DNA of 64,000 bases, from contig CAVPLG010000002.1 of NCBI GenBank assembly GCA_963705945.1, forward strand, positions 5,179 through 69,178. The letters are read 5' to 3'. Numbering within the stretch: the stretch's first letter is position 1; every line of letters begins with the position of its first letter. Position numbers and translations under genes: made by a program. Under the pieces are notes generated by a model that had not been told where the DNA came from, did not search any database, and saw only the letters and a program-made list of their open reading frames with translations. Positions 38,412 through 51,764 of this stretch are shown here, piece after piece. Source of the DNA: an uncultured Actinomycetes bacterium. Its GTDB lineage: Bacteria > Actinomycetota > Thermoleophilia > Gaiellales > Gaiellaceae.

Positions 38412-38806
38412 CTACCTCTTAGCCCACTGAGGTGCTTTGCGGGCCTTCTTGAGCCCGGCCTTCTTCCGCTCGACCATGCGAGCGTCGCGGGCGAGGAAGC
38501 CTTCGCGCTTGAGCGGGATGCGCAGCTCGGGATCGGCTTCGACGAGCGCGCGCGCGACGCCGTGGCGGACGGCTCCGGCCTGGCCGGTCGGGCCGCCGCC
38601 GTGGACGCGAATGCGGACGTCGTACGTCCCTCCGCCTCGGCGACCTTCAGCGGCGCGACCACCTGCGTGCGGTGGACGACGCGCGGGAAGTAGTCGTCGA
38701 GCGTTCGGCCGTTGATCCACCACGAGCCGTCGCCCGGGCGGAGGATCACGCGCGCGACCGACGTCTTGCGCTTGCCCGTGCCGCGGTACTGCGCCAGCTC
38801 GCTCAT
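38412..38806 (-). CDS. rpsI: 30S ribosomal protein S9, one frame break
   Basis: [41 protein letters not shown] (frame of ORF 38108..39196) joins ..[70 protein letters not shown] (ORF 38412..38723) near 38640. Confidence 0.9.
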
Positions 38807-39249
38807 GCGCGCTCCTCGAGCGGCTGCGGCGCCTGGGCCTCGTGCGGATGCGCCGGGCCGGCGTAGATCTTGAGCTTGACGATCTGGGCGCGGCCGAGGC
38901 GGTTGCGCGGCAGCATGCCCTTGACGGCCTTCCGCAGCACCTCTGTCGGGCGGCGCTCGAGCTGCTCGCGCAGCGTGCGGCTCCGCAGCCCGCCCGGGTA
39001 GCCGGAGTGGCGGTAGTAGATCTTGTCGTCGAGCTTCTTGCCGGTGACGGCGATCTTCTCCGCGTTGACGACGACGACGAAGTCGCCGGTGTCGACGTGC
39101 GGCGTGTACTCGGGCTTGTTCTTTCCGCGGAGCGTGTCGGCGATCTGCGTCGCCAGACGGCCGAGGTTCTTGCCCTCGGCGTCCACGACGAACCACCGGC
39201 GCTCGATCTCGCCGGGCTTCGCGTTCCAGGTCTTTGTTCCCGCTCTCAT
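38803..39249 (-). CDS. rplM: 50S ribosomal protein L13
   Basis: Intact 148 aa: [67 protein letters not shown]. Confidence 0.95.
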   Translation of the reverse strand: MRAGTKTWNAKPGEIERRWFVVDAEGKNLGRLATQIADTLRGKNKPEYTPHVDTGDFVVVVNAEKIAVTGKKLDDKIYYRHSGYPGGLRSRTLREQLERRPTEVLRKAVKGMLPRNRLGRAQIVKLKIYAGPAHPHEAQAPQPLEERA

Positions 39250-39255
39250 TTCACG

Positions 39256-39283
39256 AAAAAAGGGGCGGACAGAGACGTCCGCC
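39256..39283 (-). terminator. intrinsic terminator / leader hairpin immediately upstream of rplM
   Basis: Transcript: GGCGGAC-GUCUCU-GUCCGCC-CC-UUUUUU, then CGUGAA-AUG(rplM). It lies between the MFS stop (39316) and the rplM start (39249). Confidence 0.6.
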
Positions 39284-39315
39284 GGACGCTGCAGTCTAGC
39301 AAGCAGCGGCGAGTC

Positions 39316-40570
39316 TCAGCCCACTGGCTCGAGCACGCCTTCACCGCGCGCGGGACGCCGCCCGACGAAGAGGATTACCAGCGCGGGGAGTACGACGGCG
39401 ACCGTGGCGCCGACGCCGACCGCGCCGACGCCGATCTCGTTGTAGGCGACGCCTCCGAGGAGCGCGAGCGCGGCGCCCGTGAAGCCCGACAACAGGTCGG
39501 AGAAGCCGACGAGACGTCCTCGCTCGGAGAGCGCGGCTCGGTCGACGAGCTCCGTCGTCGCGGCGACATACGAGAACGCCCAGCCGAGCCCGAGCCCGAA
39601 GAGCGCGAGGCTCATCGCCGGCAGGCTGGCGATCCACACGATCGCGATCGTCGATACGCCCATCACGAGCAGGCCGCCGATGAGCGCCGGCCGCCGGCCG
39701 ACGTGGTCGATCGCGTCGCCGACGACGAGCACGAGGCCGTACATGCCGACGATGTGGGCGCTGATCACCCAGAACGTGTCCCCCTGGCTGTGTCCGTGCC
39801 CGACGACGACGTAGCCGGAGAGGTTCATCACGGACACCATGACGCCGAAGCTCGCGACGGCGGCGACGAGCGCCGGCACGACCCCGGGCCGCCGGAGGAT
39901 CGTGGCGAGCGGCGCCGCCCGTCCGTCCTCCGTCGCCGCCGTGACGCCGTAGCCGAGCGCCTCGCCGATCCGCTTCGGATCCGGCCTGACGAAGCGCGAG
40001 ATCACGAAGCCCGCGACCATGATCACGCCGGCCACGAGCCACGGGACGACGAGCGAGTCGGCGTCGACGTCGTGCTTGTCACCGAACAGCGGCCGGAAGA
40101 TGAGCGGGCCGAGCGCCGCGCCGAACACTGCGCCGAAGAGGACGAGCGAGATGCCGCGAGCGCGCCGGTCGGCCGGGTACATGTCGGCGGCCGCCGCGCG
40201 CGAGAGGATCACCGTGCCGGACGCGGCGCCGACGAGCGCGAGCCCGAGGACGACGAGCGCCGTCGACGACCAGGCACAGCCGAACGCGACTGTGCACGTG
40301 GCGACGATGCCAGTCGCGAAGCCGCCGGAGATGACCGGCATTCGCCCGAACCGGTCCATCGCCCGGCCCGCCGGAAGCGCCGCGAGCGCCGCCGTGCGAG
40401 AGGAAGATCGCCGGCCCGAGCCCGACGATGCTGCGGACGCCGGTGACGATGACGAGTGTCGTCGTCCCCACGGCGACCGCGACCTGCAGCATCCCGCCGG
40501 ATGCGGCCAGGCCGGCCGCGAGGAGCAGGGTGTTGCGACGGATCGGGAACCGTCTCACGCTTCCAGCCAT
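39316..40570 (-). CDS. MFS transporter, one frame break
   Basis: ORF 39316..40359 carries about 10 TM helices and the loop motif MYPADRRARGIS. The N-terminal piece MAGSVRRFPIRRNTLLLAAGLAASGGMLQVAVAVGTTTLVIVTG (ORF 40079..40570) joins near 40390. Confidence 0.8.
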
Positions 40571-41060
40571 TCAACCAGCCCTGCTCGGAAGGCGGCCGCG
40601 CCGCCGCGCGACGGATGGCGGACGTACGGAGCCCCGGTGACGGCCGCAGCCAGGCGTCCAGCGGCGACGACGCGGCGACCCACCGAGACGGCGTGCAGGA
40701 ACGGACGGCTCGCATCGACCTCGGCGGCCGTCGGTCTCCTGTTCGACGTCTCCGTGCCCGGGTGCGTGGGCACGACGTTCCAGAGCAGGACGTCGTCCTC
40801 GATCCCGAGCTCGGCCAGCACGCGATGGACGATCGTCGCGCTCGCCTCTGCAGGGCCGCTTCCCGTCAGCTGGCGTTCGGACGTGAACGGCACGCCCGAC
40901 AGGCGTGCGCCGCGGTAGCCGGGCGCTTCGCCGACGAGCAGAAGCGGCGCGTCCTTGCGACGCTCGAGGTAGATCTCGAGGCGGGCGCGTCGGAGGCTCG
41001 ATCCCCGGTACTGGTTGAACGTCCTCCCGATGTGGGCGGCCGCGAGCTGCTCGACGAGCG
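40555..41060 (-). CDS. uracil-DNA glycosylase superfamily protein
   Basis: ..LLLVGEAPGYRGARLSGVPFTSERQL.. (manual translation) plus ORF 40555..40893: LLWNVVPTHPG..NRRPTAAEV..VVAAGRLAA..YVRHPSRGG. The start is unresolved. Confidence 0.55.
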
Positions 41061-41063
41061 CTC

Positions 41064-41657
41064 TCAGCCCCAGCGCTCCCAGTGGACGACGTCGTCGAGC
41101 GGCTTCCAGCCGCGCCTTGCAGAGCCCTGGGCGGTCTCAGCGGCTGGCTTGCCGATCGTGAGGATGCCGACCGGCGTCACGTCGTCCGGGATCCCCAGCA
41201 GGTCGCGCACGTCGCTCCACCGCGGCACGCCGAAGACGCCACGGCAAGCCCCTCGTCGATCGCCGCGAGCCAGATCAGCATCACCGCAGCGCCCGCGTCG
41301 ACCCACCAGTAGGGCACGGGCCATGCGATCTCCTCCGCCGTCGCCCGTGAGTCTTGTCGGGCTCGCGATAGCGATCGCGATAGTCCTCCTCGCGAACACA
41401 GACGACGACGTGCGCCGCGGCATTCGAGATCCACGGCTCGAGACCGAGCTCGACGTACTGTGGCTCACCGGCGAGGTCAGCGATCGCCTGCTTCGTCGCT
41501 TCGTCCGTGACGACGACGAGTCGCAGCCCCTGGCTGTGCCCGGCGCTCGGAATCTTTCGCCCGCGCGCGACAATCCGCTCGAGCGTCTCGCGGGGGATCG
41601 GCTCGTCAGGTAGCTCCGAACCGCCTTGCGGCGCCGCAGGACGTCGGCGAAGTCCAT
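41064..41657 (-). CDS. nitroreductase family protein, frame-interrupted
   Basis: [16 protein letters not shown] / PIPRETLERIVARGRKIPSAGHSQGLRLVVVTDEATKQAI..HVVVCVRE / WPVPYWWVDAGAAVMLIWLAAIDEGLA / LGIPDDVTPVGILTIGKPA. Confidence 0.7.
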   Translation of the reverse strand: MDFADVLRRRKAVRSYLTSRSPARRSSGLSRAGERFRAPGTARGCDSSSSRTKRRSRRSLTSPVSHSTSSSVSSRGSRMPRRTSSSVFARRTIAIAIASPTRLTGDGGGDRMARALLVGRRGRCGDADLARGDRRGACRGVFGVPRWSDVRDLLGIPDDVTPVGILTIGKPAAETAQGSARRGWKPLDDVVHWERWG

Positions 41658-42712
41658 GATGGCGTCCATGATCACATGCCGGACGCTGACCGACGGCGGG
41701 CAGACCGTGACCGAGATCGCCACCGAGATCGCGGCGTTCGTCGGGGCGGCTTCGACGAGCCTCGACCTCGCTCTTTACGACTTCGACCTCGGCCCCGAGA
41801 TCGAGCAGACCGTCGCGGGCGCGATCGTCGCCGCCTCGCAGCGGGGCGTCGCGGTCCGGCTCGCATACAACGTCGACCACCCGAACCCGATCCCCGTGCC
41901 GCCACCGCCGTCGTGCGTCCCGGAGGACGTCGCGGCGCTCCCCGTGCCGACGCCGTCCGTCTCGGGCATCCCGGATCTCATGCACCACAAGTTCGCCGTT
42001 CGCGACCGGACGACCGTGCTCACGGGCTCGACGAACTGGACGAGCGACTCGTGGACGCGGCAGGAGAACGTCATGCTCACTGTCGAGTCGCCGGCGCTCG
42101 CCGAGGCCTATTCGATCGCGTTCGAGCAGCTCTGGTCGGGCCGACCGGTGATGGACGTCGGGCACGTCGAGCCGCGGCCCGTCGAGGACGGCGGCGTTCG
42201 ATCCGGCCGTGGTTCTGCCCCGGGTACGGCGATGCGCTGTCACACCGAGTGGCGAAGGCGATCGGGCGAGCGCGCCGGCGGGTGCGCATCTGCTCGCCGG
42301 TGATCTCCGCTGGCCCGGTGCTCGCGACGCTCGCCCAGGTCGCGAGCGAAGGGAAGGTCGTCGGTGGCCGGCTGCGTCGATGCGACGCAGGTCGCGACAG
42401 GTGCACCAGCAGTGGGCGGCGAGAAGGTTTCGCTCTGGAAGATCCCGCTGCTCGAGACGATCTTCGAGCGAGCGCCGTTCTCGGGGAAGAACTCCACGCC
42501 GTGGGCGCCAGGGTCGCCTCCACGACTTCATGCACGCCAAGGTGACGGTCGCCGACGATGTCGTCTTCTGCGGCTCGTTCAACCTCTCGCGCTCGGGCGA
42601 GCGCAACGCGGAGGACATGCTCGAGATCCACGACGCCTCGCTCGCCGAACGGCTGGCCGCCTTCATCGACGGCGTCCACGCGCGGTATCCGCGCTTCACG
42701 CTCGCGGACTGA
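41656..42712 (+). CDS. phospholipase D-like protein with two HKD motifs, frame-interrupted
   Basis: HKD-1: [26 protein letters not shown] (ORF 41626..42303). HKD-2: [31 protein letters not shown] (ORF 42209..42712). The middle part is in ORF 41676..42545. The start is uncertain (ATGs at 41656, 41659, 41668). Confidence 0.7.
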
Positions 42713-45855
<3,143 letters not shown>

Positions 45856-45867
45856 CTAACGAGCGCC

Positions 45868-46836
45868 TCAGTGCGTGGTGGCCGACTCGAGCTCGTCGAC
45901 CTGGACGTCGGGGAGGATGCGGCCGACGTCCCGCGGATCGAACCGGCCGGCGCCGACCTCGAGCGTCGACGCGGCGCCCGTCGCCACGGCCTTCCGGAGC
46001 ACGAGTTCGGGCGTCGTGTCCTCGAGCCAGGCCGCGATGAAGCCGGCGAGCAGGGTCGCCCCGGCACCCGCGCGTGACACGGCCTCGAGGTGCGGCGACT
46101 CGGCGCGGTAGCGGCTTGCGGCTGTCCCCGTTCTCCCCGCACCGACGCGAAGCAGCCGTGCTCGATACGTGATCAGGACGTTGCGCGCGCCCAGCTCGTC
46201 GAGCCGCGTCGAGCGCCTCGAGGAAGTCGCCGTCCTCGAGGAACTCCTGGCCGACCACGGCCTCGGCCTCGTTGCTGGTTCGGGGAGACGAGGAATGGCT
46301 CTGCGTCGAGCCCCAACCGAAGCGGCTCGCCTTCGGAGTCGAGCACCGTCAGAACGCCGCGCCGGTTGAGCGTCGCGGATCGCCTCGGCGTAGAAGTCGT
46401 CGTCGACACCGCGCGGCAGCGAGCCGGCGAACACGACCATCTCGGCGCCGCGCGAGAGGTAGTCGACCTTCTCGAGCAGGATCTCGAGCTCCGCCGGCTG
46501 GACGAGCGGCCCCCACTCCATGACCTCCGTGAACGTCGCCCGAGGTCGGATCGGACGACGGCCGTCGACGTTCGCGACTCGTCCTCGATGCGGACGAAGT
46601 CGTTGAGGATCGCCTCCTCCGCGAGCTCCTCGAGGATGCGCCGGCCGTTGCGTCCGCCGGCTAGGCCGGTCGCGACGACCGGCACGCCGAGACGCTTCAG
46701 CGCGCGCGCGACCGTGATCCCCTTGCCGCCTGCGAGCGTCAGCTTCTCGCTCGCGCGGTGACGCTGCCCGCGCTGGAAGTTCGGCACGGTGAGCGATCCG
46801 GTCGAGCGCGGCGTTCATGGTGACGGTGACGATCAC
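45868..46836 (-). CDS. PfkB-family hexose-phosphate kinase (1-phosphofructokinase / tagatose-6-P kinase-like), heavily frame-interrupted
   Basis: MIVTVTMNAALDR / FQRGQRHRASEKLTLAGGKGITVARALKRLGVPVVATGLAGG / MVVFAGSLPRGV / LDSEGEPL..PFLVSPNQQE / ELGARNVLIT / VSRAGAGATLLAGFIAAWL..AVATGAASTLEVGAG. Confidence 0.75.
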   Translation of the reverse strand: MIVTVTMNAALDRIAHRAELPARAASPREREADARRRQGDHGRARAEASRRAGRRDRPSRRTQRPAHPRGARGGGDPQRLRPHRGRVANVDGRRPIRPRATFTEVMEWGPLVQPAELEILLEKVDYLSRGAEMVVFAGSLPRGVDDDFYAEAIRDAQPARRSDGARLRRRAASVGARRRAIPRLPEPATRPRPWSARSSSRTATSSRRSTRLDELGARNVLITYRARLLRVGAGRTGTAASRYRAESPHLEAVSRAGAGATLLAGFIAAWLEDTTPELVLRKAVATGAASTLEVGAGRFDPRDVGRILPDVQVDELESATTH

Positions 46837-46851
46837 GGCGTCCTCATGCTC

Positions 46852-47982
46852 CTACGTGACCCAGCCCAAGACGTTGTCGACGGTCTCCCCCGCATACCAG
46901 CCGACGCGACCGAGGAAGCCCGGCGCGGCGACGGCTCGTGACGCGACGAGCGGCGACGACGCTATCAGCCGGCCGCTCCCGGTACACCCGCACCGCGCCG
47001 AGTCGCTGGCCGCTTGGAGACGGGAAGCCCCACCGTCCGCGGCGCGACGACCCGCTCGACGAGCGGCCGCCGAGCCGGACGACACGCATCGCCGGGCGGC
47101 GCGCGACGAGCTCGAGCTTGCCCCTTCCCGTACGGAAGCGCGTGCCGTCGCGTAGGTCGTACGCTTCGACGAGCGGCAGCACGCGGTAGCGGGAGATCCC
47201 CCAGGCGAGCAGGCGGGCTGAGATCGTCGTTTCGTTGCTGGCGCGTGGGCTCTCCGAGCAGCGTCGCGTAGACGACGAAGCCCGGCCCGCGTGCCGCTGC
47301 GACCTCGGACCAGCCGGCGCCGCTCGTGTGGCCCGTCTTCACGCCGAGCAGGCCGCGGGAAGGTGTAGAGCAGGTCGTTCCATGTTTCCAGTCGTCTGCC
47401 GCCGGAGATCGTCGTCTCCGTCGTTCGCACGATGCGTCGGACGACCGGGCTCTCGCATCGCCGTCTCGTGCCAGCCGCGTCACGTCGCGGGCGGACGAGT
47501 AGTGGCCCGGCTGCGTCGAGCCCGTCCGGGTTCGCAAAGTGGGTGTCGCGGAGCCCGAGCTCCTGCGCCTTCGCGTTCATCAGCGCCACGAACGCGGCCC
47601 GGTTGCCACCGCCGACGTAGTCGGCGAGCGCGGCGGCCGCGTCGTTCGCGCTCTGGATGAGCGCCGCCTCGATCGAGCTCGCGCACCGTCAGCTGCTCGC
47701 CGGGACGGAGGAAGATCGTCGACTCGCCGACGCGCTGCCGCGCCGCTCGCGAGACGGTGACGATGTCGTCGAGGTTGGCGTGCTCGAGCGTCACGAGGAC
47801 GGTCATCAGCTTCGTGATGCTCGCCATCGGCACGCGCTCGTCGGCGTTTCGTGCCAGCAACGACGTCGCCCGTCGTCGCGTTCTTCACGAGGTAGGCACG
47901 GCCTCCGACCTGCGGAGCCGAGGCGAGCGCCGGCGCGGCGAGCGTGAGGAACGCTGCACAGCAGAGCGATCCGCAGCTTCAC
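46852..47982 (-). CDS. D-alanyl-D-alanine carboxypeptidase (S11 penicillin-binding protein), frame-interrupted
   Basis: GTG at 47982 with a signal-like N-terminus. SxxK in RVPMASITKLMTVLVTLEH; SxN in LIQSANDAAAALADYV (manual translation); ALMNAKAQELGLRDTHFANPDGL; KTGHTSGAGW. Confidence 0.7.
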
Positions 47983-47992
47983 GGCGGCGATG

Positions 47993-48323
47993 CTATCTCA
48001 CGCGTATTCGCTGGCCGATGCGGAGAGCCGTCGGCTCGATGCCCGGGATTGAGCACGACGAGCTCGGCCTCCGTGAGGCCGAAGCGCGGCGCGATCACGG
48101 CGAGCGTGTCGCCCGCGCGGATGCGGTAGAAGCGGCCGCGCCGCATCGCCGGAGTCGTCGCTCGTGGCTGCGGGCGGCGGCGAGCGCGGCCTCCGAGCTT
48201 CGATCCCTCGTCGAGGCCCGCGCGGACGAGCAGGACGGCGACCGTCACGGCGGCGAGGAACGCGAGCGGCGCTCCGTACCGCGCGCGACGCCGGCGCCGG
48301 TCTACCAGCCCGAGACGGCCCAC
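47993..48323 (-). CDS. small membrane-anchored LysM-domain protein
   Basis: GTG at 48323: ..RRRRARYGAPLAFLAAVTVAVLLV (TM) .. FYRIRAGDTLAVIAPRFGLTEAELVVLNPG (LysM), then a frame change to ..IEPTALRIGQRIRVR-stop (TAG 47993-47995). Confidence 0.5.
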
Positions 48324-49219
48324 ACTTCGTCCCGCAGCCGGGCAGCCTCGGCGCCCGCGGCCAGCGCCAGTCGTCCCCCTCGAAGCGGAAGGCATAGATG
48401 ACGGATCGCGACACGGTGACGAGCGCGCTCGCCGGCCCGCTCGTGAACGCTCGCGCGACGTCGGCTGGCGTCGCACCCTGCGCGCCGACACCCGGCAAGC
48501 AGGAGGATCGACTTCGGCAGGAGCTTCCGCGCCTCGCTGACCGCGCGCGGGTACGTCGCGCCGACGACGGCGCCGATGCTCGAGAGGCCGCACTCGCCGA
48601 CGACGTCGTCGCCGAGCTCGGCGACGAGACTTCGCGACGTGCTGCCAGACCTGGCGCCGTCCGTCAGCGTCAAGTCCTGGACGTCGGTGCCACCTGCGAT
48701 TCGATGTCTTCACGAGGCAGAAGATCCCGCCGCCGGAGCGGCGGCACGAGGCGACGAACGGCTCGAGCGAGTCGCGTCCGAGGTACGTGTTCACGGTCAT
48801 CGCGTCGGCGAGTGGGCCGTCGCCGTTGCGTGGCTCGAGGTAGGCGGCCGCGTACGCGCGCGCGGTGTGACCGATGTCGCCCCGCTTCGCGTCGACGATC
48901 ACGAGCGAGGCCCAGCCGTCGCGCGCGTACTCGCACACCTCCTCGAGCGCGCGCATGCCATCCGCGCCGAGCGCCTCGAAGCACGCAGCCTGCGGCTTGA
49001 CCGCGACGACGTACGGGCAGACGGCGTCGATCAGGCCGCGGCAGAACGCGTGAAACGCCGCGGCCGCCGCCGCTCGGTCCATGTGCGCGTCGCCGCGAGA
49101 GCTCGAGCGGCAGCAGCTCGAGGCGCGGGTCGAGGCCCACGACGAGCTGGCTGCGCCGCTCCGATGACGGCGGCCGCGAGCCGGTCAGCGAACGGCGTTG
49201 CGGCGGCCGGCTCGTCCAT
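48302..49219 (-). CDS. pyrF: orotidine-5'-phosphate decarboxylase (type 2), frame-interrupted
   Basis: MDEPAAATPFADRLAAAV / LVVGLDPRLELLP / VVAVKPQAACFEALGADGMRALEEV..LVIVDAKRGDIGHTARAYA..GIFCLVKTSN / IGAVVGATYP..LLPGVGAQG. Confidence 0.8.
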
Positions 49220-49249
49220 CGTCTCACAAGGCTAGCCCGAAACGGCACG

Positions 49250-49283
49250 GCGCAACGAGAAGGGGGCCGCGGATGCGACCCCC
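49250..49283 (-). terminator. intrinsic terminator after hup
   Basis: Transcript: GGGGGUCGC-AUCC-GCGGCCCCC (9 bp including one G-U pair) followed by UUCUCGUU. It starts 25 nt after the hup stop. Confidence 0.5.
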
Positions 49284-49307
49284 TCGAAGACTGCATTTCG
49301 GCTCGCG

Positions 49308-49607
49308 CTAGTAGCTGCCGCCGCCGCCACCCGCCTTGACCGTCGCCTTGAGCTTGCTGCCTGCCGAGAACTTGGGCACCGTCGTCTGCTGCGATGTGCA
49401 CCTTCTCGCCGGTGCGCGGGTTGACCCCCATGCGCGCCGCGCGGGTCGACGTCGAGAACTTGCCGAAGCCGGTGAAGTTCACCTGGCCGCCGCCCTTCAG
49501 CTACCGCCTCGATCGAGTCCAAGAAGGCGTCAACGGCCTTTGCGGCGTCTGCCTTGCTGAGACCTGACGCGGCCCGCCACCTCGTCCACGAACTCCTGCT
49601 TCGTCAC
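49308..49607 (-). CDS. hup: HU/IHF-family nucleoid protein, two frame breaks
   Basis: SD GGAGGAG precedes GTG at 49607: VTKQEFVDEVAGR.. / LSKADAAKAVDAFLDSIEA / VNFTGFGKFSTSTRAARMGVNPRTGEKVHI / PKFSAGSKLKATVKAGGGGGSY-stop. Confidence 0.75.
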
Positions 49608-49670
49608 CAGCTACTCCTCCCCTCGGGGTCGTTTCAGGCTCGGTCAGCGTAACACCCGCGTCGGATCGGC

Positions 49671-50241
49671 TCAACCATGCGGGTTTTGCGGGGATTTTCG
49701 AGGCGTCCGATGAATCTCGGCGGCGCGGAAGATCGTCCACAAGCGAACGCCGACACGCGCCAGCGCGTCCGCGCCGCCCTCCTCGCGGTCGACGACGCAG
49801 ACCGCCGTCCGAGCACTCGAGCCCGGCCTCCCGCAGCGCCTGGATCGCCTCGACTGCCGCGCCGCCGGTCGTGACGACGTCCTCGACAAGGCAGACCCTG
49901 CTCCCCCGGGGCGAACGTGCCCCTCGATGCGGTTCGCGGTCCCGTACTCCTTCGCCTCGCCGCGGACGATCAGGAACGGCAGGCGCGAGGCGAGCGACGC
50001 GGCCGCCGCGAGCGGCACCGCGCCGAGCTCAGGGGCGGCGAGCCGAACTGCGCGTCCGGCTCCGCCTCGGAGACGGTCGCCGCGATCCGCGCCGCCGATC
50101 GCGCTCGAGCAGGTCCGGGCTCGGTCGAGAAGCGGTACTTGTCGAGATAGAAGCGACGAGCGCTGCCCCGAGCGCAGGACGAAGTCGCCTTCGAGGTAGG
50201 CGCGCTCGCGGATGCGCCCGCGTCGAGCTCGGCGTCGGCAC
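49671..50241 (-). CDS. pyrE: orotate phosphoribosyltransferase, frame-interrupted
   Basis: IRERAYLEGDFVLRSGQRS..YLDKY / LAAPELGAVPLAAAASLASRLPFLIVRGEAKEYGTANRIEG / CLVEDVVTTGGAAVEAIQALREAG / VCVVDREEGGADAL. The start is approximate. Confidence 0.7.
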
Positions 50242-50249
50242 GGCCAGCC

Positions 50250-50464
50250 CTAGGCGCTGCGCGCCGCCGTCACCGCGTCGCGAGCGTAGCCGAGCAGCCG
50301 TTCGGCGTCCGGAGCATCGTGCGTAAGAGTCGCCATCGACCCGTCCTCGTAGTAGAGGTCGACCCGCTCGCGGCGCACCCGAGCGCGGCGGCGCACGACG
50401 ATCGCGGCACCGACCGCGACCGCGGCGAAGCGACAAACCCGAACAGCCTACGAAGAACTGTCAT
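50250..50464 (-). CDS. small membrane protein (conserved-looking VDLYYEDGSM motif)
   Basis: MTVLRRLFGF.. then a frame change to ..AAVAVGAAIVVRRRARVRRERVDLYYEDGSMATLTHDAPDAERLLGYARDAVTAARSA-stop. The ATG overlaps the preceding stop (ATGA). Confidence 0.35.
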
Positions 50465-50882
50465 CGTCGTCCCTCGGCCGCCGTGGCTCCCGCGCGGCCG
50501 CGGCTTCGGCCGCGGCTTGCCGTCGCCGTTTCTGGCCGCAGCCGCCCGCAGGCAGCTCTTGAGGTCGAAGAAGACGAGGCCCGCTGTCGGCTGGACGTTC
50601 GTCACGGCCGCGACGGCGCGCTCATCGTCCCGCACGACGAAGAGGCTGCCTTCGCTCGTCGCCGCCTCGAGCTGCACGAGACCTTCTCCGTCCGGCAACA
50701 CATGCGGCACGCTAGCCGCGGCGTCGACGAGCCCCGACGGCCGCGTCGACAGCCGCCTCGTAGCGCGCATCGTCGTCGAGCGTCGACGCGAGGTGCTGTC
50801 CCGTCGGCGGACAGGAGGACCGCGGCCTCGATCTGCGACGAGATCTCCGTCAGGTCCCGCAAGCGCCTGCGGCCGCCTCCAC
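50461..50882 (-). CDS. roadblock/LC7 (MglB-like) domain protein, tentative; frame-interrupted
   Basis: LRDLTEISSQIEAAVLLSADG.. / ..VDAAASVPHVLPDGEGLVQLEAATSEGSLFVVRDDERAVAAVTNVQPTAGLVFFDLKSCLRAA. The pattern resembles Robl_LC7 (G-aavL-s-DG ... G-l-v ... GLV). I cannot verify this without an HMM. Confidence 0.3.
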
Positions 50883-50916
50883 CGCGCGACCCTACCAGAG
50901 TGTTTACTTGAACCCG

Positions 50917-51764
50917 ATGCGCGTCCGGAAGCGCGAGCTGTTCGTGAAGTACCAGGCTGACCGGGGACGCAGCTCGCGGCGATGATCGCGTACTACGCGC
51001 TCCTCGCCTTCGTCCCGCTCACGTTCCTCACGTCTCGATCCTCGCCGTCTTCGGACGTGCGGACGAGTCGACGTATCTCGTACAGGAGCTGTCGCGGATG
51101 TTCCCGCAGAGCTCGGTGTCGACGATCGTGAGGGCGGTCGACGCGATTCGCGAGAACTTCGACGGCGATCGGGATCATCGGCCTGCTCGTGCTGCTCTGG
51201 TCGTCGCTCGGCCTCTTCGGCGCGCTCGAGTCCGCCTTCAACATCGTCTACGACCGGCCCAACCGAACGTTCTTCCGGAGCAAGGCGGCTCGCAGCCGTG
51301 CTGATGATCGGGCTGCTCGTCGTCCTCTTCCTCGGGCTCGTCGCGGCGGGTTTCGGCCACGAGCAGCTATCGAGGCACGCGCCCGGCGTCGCAGGGAATG
51401 GAATCGTCGCCTGGACACTGTCACTGGTCGCGTCGTCCGCTCGCGTCCTTCGTCTTCCTCTTCGTCTCGTACTTCCTGCTGACTAACGTCCCACACACGC
51501 CTCGAGGACGTGCTGCCGGGAGCGGTCGCGGGCACGATCGTGCTCTGCGTCACCTTCCAGGTGCTGCCGATCTACCTCGACCTCGCACGGGGCTCACCGG
51601 TGCTCCAGGCCTTCGGCGGGCCAGTGATCCTGCTCGTCTGGCTCTACGTCATGGCGAACGTCATCGTCTTCGGGGCCGAGATCAACTGGTGGATGGCCCG
51701 ACGCCGCGAGCGGCGGATGGTCTCCGAGCTACCCAACACCCGCGGCGTCCAGCGCAGCGCGTAG
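50917..51764 (+). CDS. YihY/BrkB-family membrane protein, heavily frame-interrupted
   Basis: LAAMIAYYALLAFVPLTFL / LGIIGLLVLLWSSLGLFGALESAFNIVYDRPNR / AVLMIGLLVVLFLGLVAAGF / FVFLFVSYFLLTNVPH / LPGAVAGTIVLCVTFQVLPIYL..PVILLVWLYVMANVIVFGAEINW. Confidence 0.7.

Noticed and set aside
41655-41661. Head-to-head overlap of the start codons of the nitroreductase (minus) and PLD-like (plus) genes
   Set aside because: This is probably an artefact of start-codon choice in a frame-noisy region. Downstream ATGs (41659, 41668) are available for the PLD-like gene.
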